A stretch of 64,000 nucleotides of DNA from the human T2T-CHM13v2.0 reference genome, Homo sapiens. The stretch is from assembly GCA_009914755.4 (NCBI GenBank), contig CP068257.2:7328001-7392000 (forward strand). The letters run 5' to 3'. Positions 60,001 to 64,000 of this stretch are shown here, in pieces (the first letter of the stretch is position 1; every line of letters begins with the position of its first letter). A model generated the notes under the pieces. That model was not told the DNA's origin, made no database searches, and saw nothing but the letters and a program-made list of their open reading frames with translations. A program made the translations under genes and the position numbers.

Positions 60001-60240
60001 GGAATGGAATGGAAAGGAGTGGAATGGAATGGAATGGAATGGAATGGAATGGAATGGAACGGAATGGAATGGAATGGAATGGAATGGAACGGAATGGAAT
60101 GGAATCAACCCGAGTGCAATGGAATGCAATGAAATGGAATGGAATTAACGAGAGTGGCATGGAGTGGAATGGAATAGAATGGTATGGAATGGAATAGAAT
60201 CGAATGGAATCAACTTGAGGGGAAAGGAATAGATTGGAAA
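33050..60240 (+). repeat. HSat3 block D; ~7.35 kb HOR in three-plus copies, the third copy rearranged
   Basis: Offsets of 7341–7376 bp link 34234–34563 to 41685–41939, 36045 to 43386, 36726 to 44117, 37505 to 44866, 38554 to 45915, 40472 to 47838, and 40808 to 48164. The third copy shows a 6462-bp offset (43546 to 50008) and a 10692-bp offset (41164–41484 to 51856–52176; 41510 to 52202; 41685 to 52377). Its internal modules are therefore deleted or permuted relative to copy 2. Confidence 0.85.
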
Positions 60241-60257
60241 GGAATGGAATGGAATAG

Positions 60258-60325
60258 TGAAATGAAATGTGAGCTGAGATTCTGCCTCTGCACTCCAGAC
60301 TGGGTGACAGAGTGAGATCCTGTTG
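60258..60325 (+). mobile_element. Alu 3'-arm fragment (~55 bp), copy 1, embedded in satellite
   Basis: gtgagctgagattctgcctctgcactccagactgggtgacagagtgagatcctg. Confidence 0.75.
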
Positions 60326-60667
60326 AATGTAAAGAATGGAATGGAATAGACTGTAATATAATGGAGTGGAGCAGAGCAGAGTGGCGTAGAGTGGAGTAGA
60401 ATGGAGTGGAGTGGAGTGGAATGGAATGGGAAGGAATCTAATGGTATGAAGTGGAGGGGAGTGGAGTGGAGGGACGAGGGGTGGAATGGAATGGAATTGG
60501 ATGGAATTGGATGGAATTGGATGGAGTGGAGTGGATTGGGGTGGAGAGGAGTGGAGTAGAGTGGAATGGAATGGAATGCAATGGAATGGAGTGGAGTGGA
60601 GCAGAGTGGATTTTAGTGTAATGGAATAGAATGGAATGGAAAGGAATGGAATGGTATTGACTGGAAT

Positions 60668-60735
60668 TATGAAATGAAATATGAGCTGAGACTGTGCCAC
60701 TGCACTCCAGCCTGGGTGACAAAGTGAGATCCTGT
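60668..60735 (+). mobile_element. Alu 3'-arm fragment, copy 2
   Basis: atgagctgagactgtgccactgcactccagcctgggtgacaaagtgagatcctgtcgaagg. Confidence 0.75.
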
Positions 60736-60944
60736 CGAAGGAAATGAATGGAATTTAAAGGAGTGGAATGGAATGGAGTGGAATGGAATGGAATGGAGTG
60801 GAGTGGAGTGGAGTGGAGTGGCGTGGAATGGAATTGAATGGAATGGAATGGAGTGCAGTGGAGTGGAGTTCATAGGAGTGGAATGAAATGGGATGGAATG
60901 GAATTGAATGGAATATAATGGAATGGAATGGAATGGTGAAATTA

Positions 60945-61010
60945 AATGTGAGCTGAGATACTGTCACTCCACTCCAGTCTGGGTGACAGATTGAGATCCT
61001 GTCGAAAGAA
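60945..61010 (+). mobile_element. Alu 3'-arm fragment, copy 3 (variant type)
   Basis: gtgagctgagatactgtcactccactccagtctgggtgacagattgagatcctgtcgaaag. Confidence 0.7.
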
Positions 61011-61057
61011 AGAAATGGAAAGGAATGGAATGGTATTGACTGGAATTATGAAATGAA

Positions 61058-61125
61058 ATATGAGCTGAGACTGTGCCACTGCACTCCAGCCTGGGTGACA
61101 AAGTGAGATCCTGTCGAAGGAAATG
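61058..61125 (+). mobile_element. Alu 3'-arm fragment, copy 4 (identical to copy 2)
   Basis: atgagctgagactgtgccactgcactccagcctgggtgacaaagtgagatcctgtcgaagg. Confidence 0.75.
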
Positions 61126-61321
61126 AATGGAATTTAAAGGAGTGGAATGGAATGGAGTGGAATGGAATGGAATGGAGTGGAGTGGAGTGGAGTGGAGTGG
61201 CGTGGAATGGAATTGAATGGAATGGAATGGAGTGCAGTGGAGTGGAGTGCATAGGAGTGGAATGAAATGGGATGGAATGGAATTGAATGGAATATAATGG
61301 AATGGAATGGAATGGTGAAAT

Positions 61322-61388
61322 TAAATGTGAGCTGAGATACTGTCACTCCACTCCAGTCTGGGTGACAGATTGAGATCCTGTCGAAAGA
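61322..61388 (+). mobile_element. Alu 3'-arm fragment, copy 5 (identical to copy 3)
   Basis: gtgagctgagatactgtcactccactccagtctgggtgacagattgagatcctgtcgaaag. Confidence 0.7.
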
Positions 61389-61825
61389 AAGAAATGGAAA
61401 GGAATGGAATGGAATGGAGTGGAATGGAATGGAATGGAGTGTGGTGGAGTGGAGTGGAGTGGACTGGATTTGAGTGGAGTCAAATGGAAGGGAGTGGAAT
61501 GGAATGGGGTGGAATGGAATGGAATTGATTGGAGAGAAGTGGAGTGGAGTGGAGTGGAGTGGAATTGAGTGGAATTCAGTGGGATGGAATGGAGTGGAGT
61601 GGAGTGGAATGTAGTGGATTGGAGTGGAATGTAGTGGATTGGAGTGGAATGGAGTGGAATGGAATGGAATAGAGTGGAATGGAATGGAGAGGAGTGGAGT
61701 GGAATGGAGAGGAGTGGAGTGGAATGGAGTGGAATGGGAAGGGATGGAATGGAATGGAATGCAATGGAATGGAATGGAATGAAATGGAATGCAATGGAAT
61801 GGAATGGAATCATGAAATGAAATGA

Positions 61826-61882
61826 TAGCTGAGATTATGACACTGCACTCCATCCTGGGTGACAGAGTGAGGTCTTGTCGAC
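61826..61882 (+). mobile_element. Alu 3'-arm fragment, copy 6
   Basis: gatagctgagattatgacactgcactccatcctgggtgacagagtgaggtcttgtcgac. Confidence 0.7.
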
Positions 61883-62111
61883 AGAAAGGAATAGAATGGA
61901 ATGGTGTGGAATGGAATGGAGTAGAATGCAGTGGATTGGAGTGGAACGGAATGGGATGGGATGGAGTGGAATGGAATGGCGTGAAGTGGAATGGAGTGGA
62001 GTGGAATGGAATGGGATGGAATGGAGTTGAGTGGATTGGATTCAAATTGAATGCAGTGGAGTGCACTGGAGAGGAGTGTAGTGGAATGGAATGGAATAGA
62101 ATGGTGAAATG

Positions 62112-62168
62112 AAATGTGAGCTGAGATTGTGCCACTGCACTCCATCCTGGGTGACAGGTGATATCCTA
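62112..62168 (+). mobile_element. Alu 3'-arm fragment, copy 7
   Basis: gtgagctgagattgtgccactgcactccatcctgggtgacaggtgatatcctatcgaaag. Confidence 0.7.
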
Positions 62169-62389
62169 TCGAAAGAAAGGAATGGAACGGATTAGAGTAG
62201 AATGGAATGGAGTGGGGTGGAGTGGGTTGGAGTAGAGTGGAGTGTAGTGGAGTATATTGGAAAGAAGAGGAAGGGAATGGGATGTAATGGAAAGGAATGC
62301 AGTGGAGTGGAGTAGAGTGGAGTTTTGTGGAGTGGTGTGGAATAGAATGGAAAGGAATGGAATGGAATGGAATGGCACGTTGAGATGAA

Positions 62390-62447
62390 ATGTGGGCTGA
62401 GATTGTGCCACTGCACTCCAACCTGGGTGAGGGAGTGAGTTCCTGAC
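62390..62447 (+). mobile_element. Alu 3'-arm fragment, copy 8
   Basis: gtgggctgagattgtgccactgcactccaacctgggtgagggagtgagttcctgac. Confidence 0.7.
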
Positions 62448-62647
62448 AAAATAAAAGAATGGAATGGAATGGATTGGAATGAAATGGAATGGAATAGAAT
62501 GGAGTGTAGTGGACTGGAGTAGAGTGGAATGGAGTGGAGTAGAGTGGAAGGGAGTGGAATGGAATGGGATGGAATGGCATGGAATGGAATGGAATGGAAT
62601 GGAATGGAATGGAATGGAATGGAATGGAATGGAGTGGAGTGGAGTGG

Positions 62648-62998
62648 AGTGCAAAATCCTCAATAAAATACTACCAAACCGAATCCAGCAGCAAATCAAA
62701 AAGCTTATCTACCATGATCAAATGGGCTGCATCCCTGGGATGCAAGGCTGGTTCAACATACACAAATCAATACACATAATCCATTATATAAACAGAACCA
62801 ACATCAAAAACCACATGATTATCTCAATAGATGCAGAAAAGCCCTTTGACAATATTCAACAACCTTCATGCTAAAAACTCTCAATAAATTAGATATTGAT
62901 GGGATGTATCTCAAAATAATAAGAGCTATTTATGTCAAACCCACAGCCAATATCATACTGAATGGGCAAAACCTGGAAGCATTCCCTTTGAAAATCTC
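62648..62998 (+). mobile_element. LINE-1 ORF2 fragment covering the start of the reverse-transcriptase domain; 5'- and 3'-truncated; pseudogenic
   Basis: ORF 62464–62874 reads [70 protein letters not shown]. The next frame continues [42 protein letters not shown]. Both are co-linear with human L1 ORF2p ([43 protein letters not shown]…[68 protein letters not shown]). A frameshift lies between the two pieces, and L1 similarity is lost after …EAFPLK at about 62998. Confidence 0.85.
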
Positions 62999-64000
62999 AG
63001 TTACCTTTCTTTTGGATATGTGTGTGAGGAAAGCGTACCGAAAAACTACCCTTTTAGTTAAATGCCATATACAATAAATATTAATACCTACAGTCCTCAT
63101 GTTGTACATTAGATCCCTCAACTTGTTAATTCTACATATCTGCAACTTTGCATCCTTTGAATTCTCTATCTCCATTTTCTCTTCTCACCCCCAGCCCCTG
63201 GTAACCACTGTTTTATACTCTATCTCTGTGTATTTAACTTTTTGTTTTTTTTGTCCTGAGAAGTTTTTTGGGACTTTCAGATAGGAGATAATATGTTCTG
63301 AGTCTTGGGTATCTCAAATTATAGCAGGTAAGAAGTTTTACTTGTCTGCAGAGCAGAGTGCCAGTGCATAATTTTATGCCGAAGAGGGAATAAAGAGAAT
63401 TCTCTAATTAAAATTTGAATCAGAAATATGGCTATTTTTATGTACAACAATCTCTAAGGCATCTTGGAAAGGAACTAGCTGCCTGATTTTTTTTCATTTG
63501 AATCCACTAATACATGGAGAGGATGATTCTCCCATACCAATCACAAGAATGATATCTGTAGAATCAAAAGTTGAAATCCTATTATCCTAGAACTTTCTTC
63601 AGAAAACTTGAACATGTATTGAAATGTCATGCTGGTCATATATTTTATAACAATGAGGAATTTACTTATTATATACTTTAGATTTTTAGCACTTTCCCTG
63701 CCCACCAGAAATGTTTCTTTTGAATCCAATTTTGTCCTCAGAGATTTAGAATGTTAAGGAATGTATAGGGGTTTCTTTTTTCTTCTTCTTTTTTTTTGTC
63801 AAGCTATTGTATATTTTTACTTTACCTGTTTGGTTATGTAGTTACTATTTGTTTATATTCTCATACCAGAAAAAGAATTATAGTGAATTTTACATGTACG
63901 GAGTCTTCATTAATCTGTATAAACTGACAAGTTGAGAATATCAAAGTCAACACTGTAAAAAATAAAGTGATATTTTATCTGGTCTATCTCCTTGCAAATA
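62999..64000. other. Non-satellite, AT-rich flanking sequence; no supported gene
   Basis: No pentamer periodicity. Only short ORFs of ≤81 aa with low-complexity translations. A segment at ~63170–63260 (ctcacccccagcccctggtaaccactgttttatactctatctctgtgtatttaacttttt) resembles a motif common in human interspersed repeats and may be another repeat fragment; I cannot resolve this by eye. Poly-T and T-rich runs occur at 63236–63250 and 63775–63800. Confidence 0.4.

Larger units (their letters stand above)
60240..62648 (+). repeat. Degenerate array edge: composite (GGAAT/GGAGT)n satellite with embedded Alu 3'-arm fragments
   Basis: Pentamers shift to a GGAGT/GGAAT mix, e.g. gtggagtggagtggagtgg at 60400–60560 and 61440–61700. 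Interspersed at ~110–510 bp spacing are copies of GAGCTGAGAT(T/A)…CACTGCACTCCAGCCTGGGTGACAGAGTGAGATCCTGTC. This matches the Alu right-arm 3' end (GAGCCGAGATCGCGCCACTGCACTCCAGCCTGGGCGACAGAGCGAGACTCC). The − strand ORFs translate as …SPRLECSG…SAHISFH…, the typical Alu-derived peptide. Confidence 0.8.

Noticed and set aside
1-62648. Possibility that the highly regular repeats represent a CRISPR array or another prokaryotic or novel defence system, as the prompt suggests
   Set aside because: The repeat unit is 5 bp with no unique spacers. Alu and L1 fragments are present. The sequence as a whole is archetypal primate pericentromeric satellite. There is no evidence of prokaryotic origin or of any gene system.
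62464-62874. 136-aa ORF that looks protein-like in its second half
   Set aside because: The first ~60 residues are satellite-frame MEWNG repeats. The rest is an internal piece of L1 ORF2 reverse transcriptase, without its own start, and followed by a frameshift. It is a chimeric read-through and not a gene.
63170-63260. Possible additional interspersed-repeat fragment (…ccccagcccctggtaaccac…tctctgtgtatttaactttttg…)
   Set aside because: The motif feels familiar from human repeat consensus sequences, but I cannot assign a family by eye with confidence. I have left it unannotated pending RepeatMasker.
63099-63729. Short ORFs in the non-satellite tail (63099–63284 +, 62930–63175 −, 63541–63729 −)
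   Set aside because: They are ≤81 aa, with AT-rich low-complexity translations and no recognisable domains. They are consistent with random ORFs in intergenic or repeat-derived sequence.

Overview
This window is human pericentromeric satellite DNA, not a gene-bearing or prokaryotic locus. About 62.6 kb (1–~62645) is an unbroken, single-orientation array of GGAAT pentamers (ATTCC on the other strand) punctuated by diverged 10-mers of the form CAACCCGAGT / CAACACGAAT / CAACCTGAGT. That combination defines Human Satellite 3 (HSat3).

The array is not uniform. It falls into at least five blocks with different multi-kilobase higher-order-repeat (HOR) periodicities: ~7.5–7.6 kb, ~6.1 kb, ~3.6 kb, ~7.35 kb, and a degenerate edge zone.

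The last ~2.4 kb of the array (60240–62645) changes character. GGAAT degrades into a GGAAT/GGAGT mix and becomes a composite satellite whose repeating unit carries a ~55-bp Alu 3'-arm fragment. I count eight copies of that fragment.

At ~62648 the satellite stops abruptly and runs straight into an internal fragment of an L1 ORF2 reverse-transcriptase coding sequence (~62648–62998, + strand). After that comes ~1 kb of AT-rich, non-satellite sequence.

I see no credible protein-coding genes. Every ORF in the supplied track is a frame artefact of translating the pentamer repeat (MEWNG… on +, IPFHS… on −), or, for 62464–62874, a satellite-frame read-through into the L1 fragment. I did not find a novel biological system in the gene sense. 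The things worth a second look are the modular HOR architecture, a recurring dyad-symmetric landmark motif, the Alu-bearing edge satellite, and the exact satellite/L1 junction.
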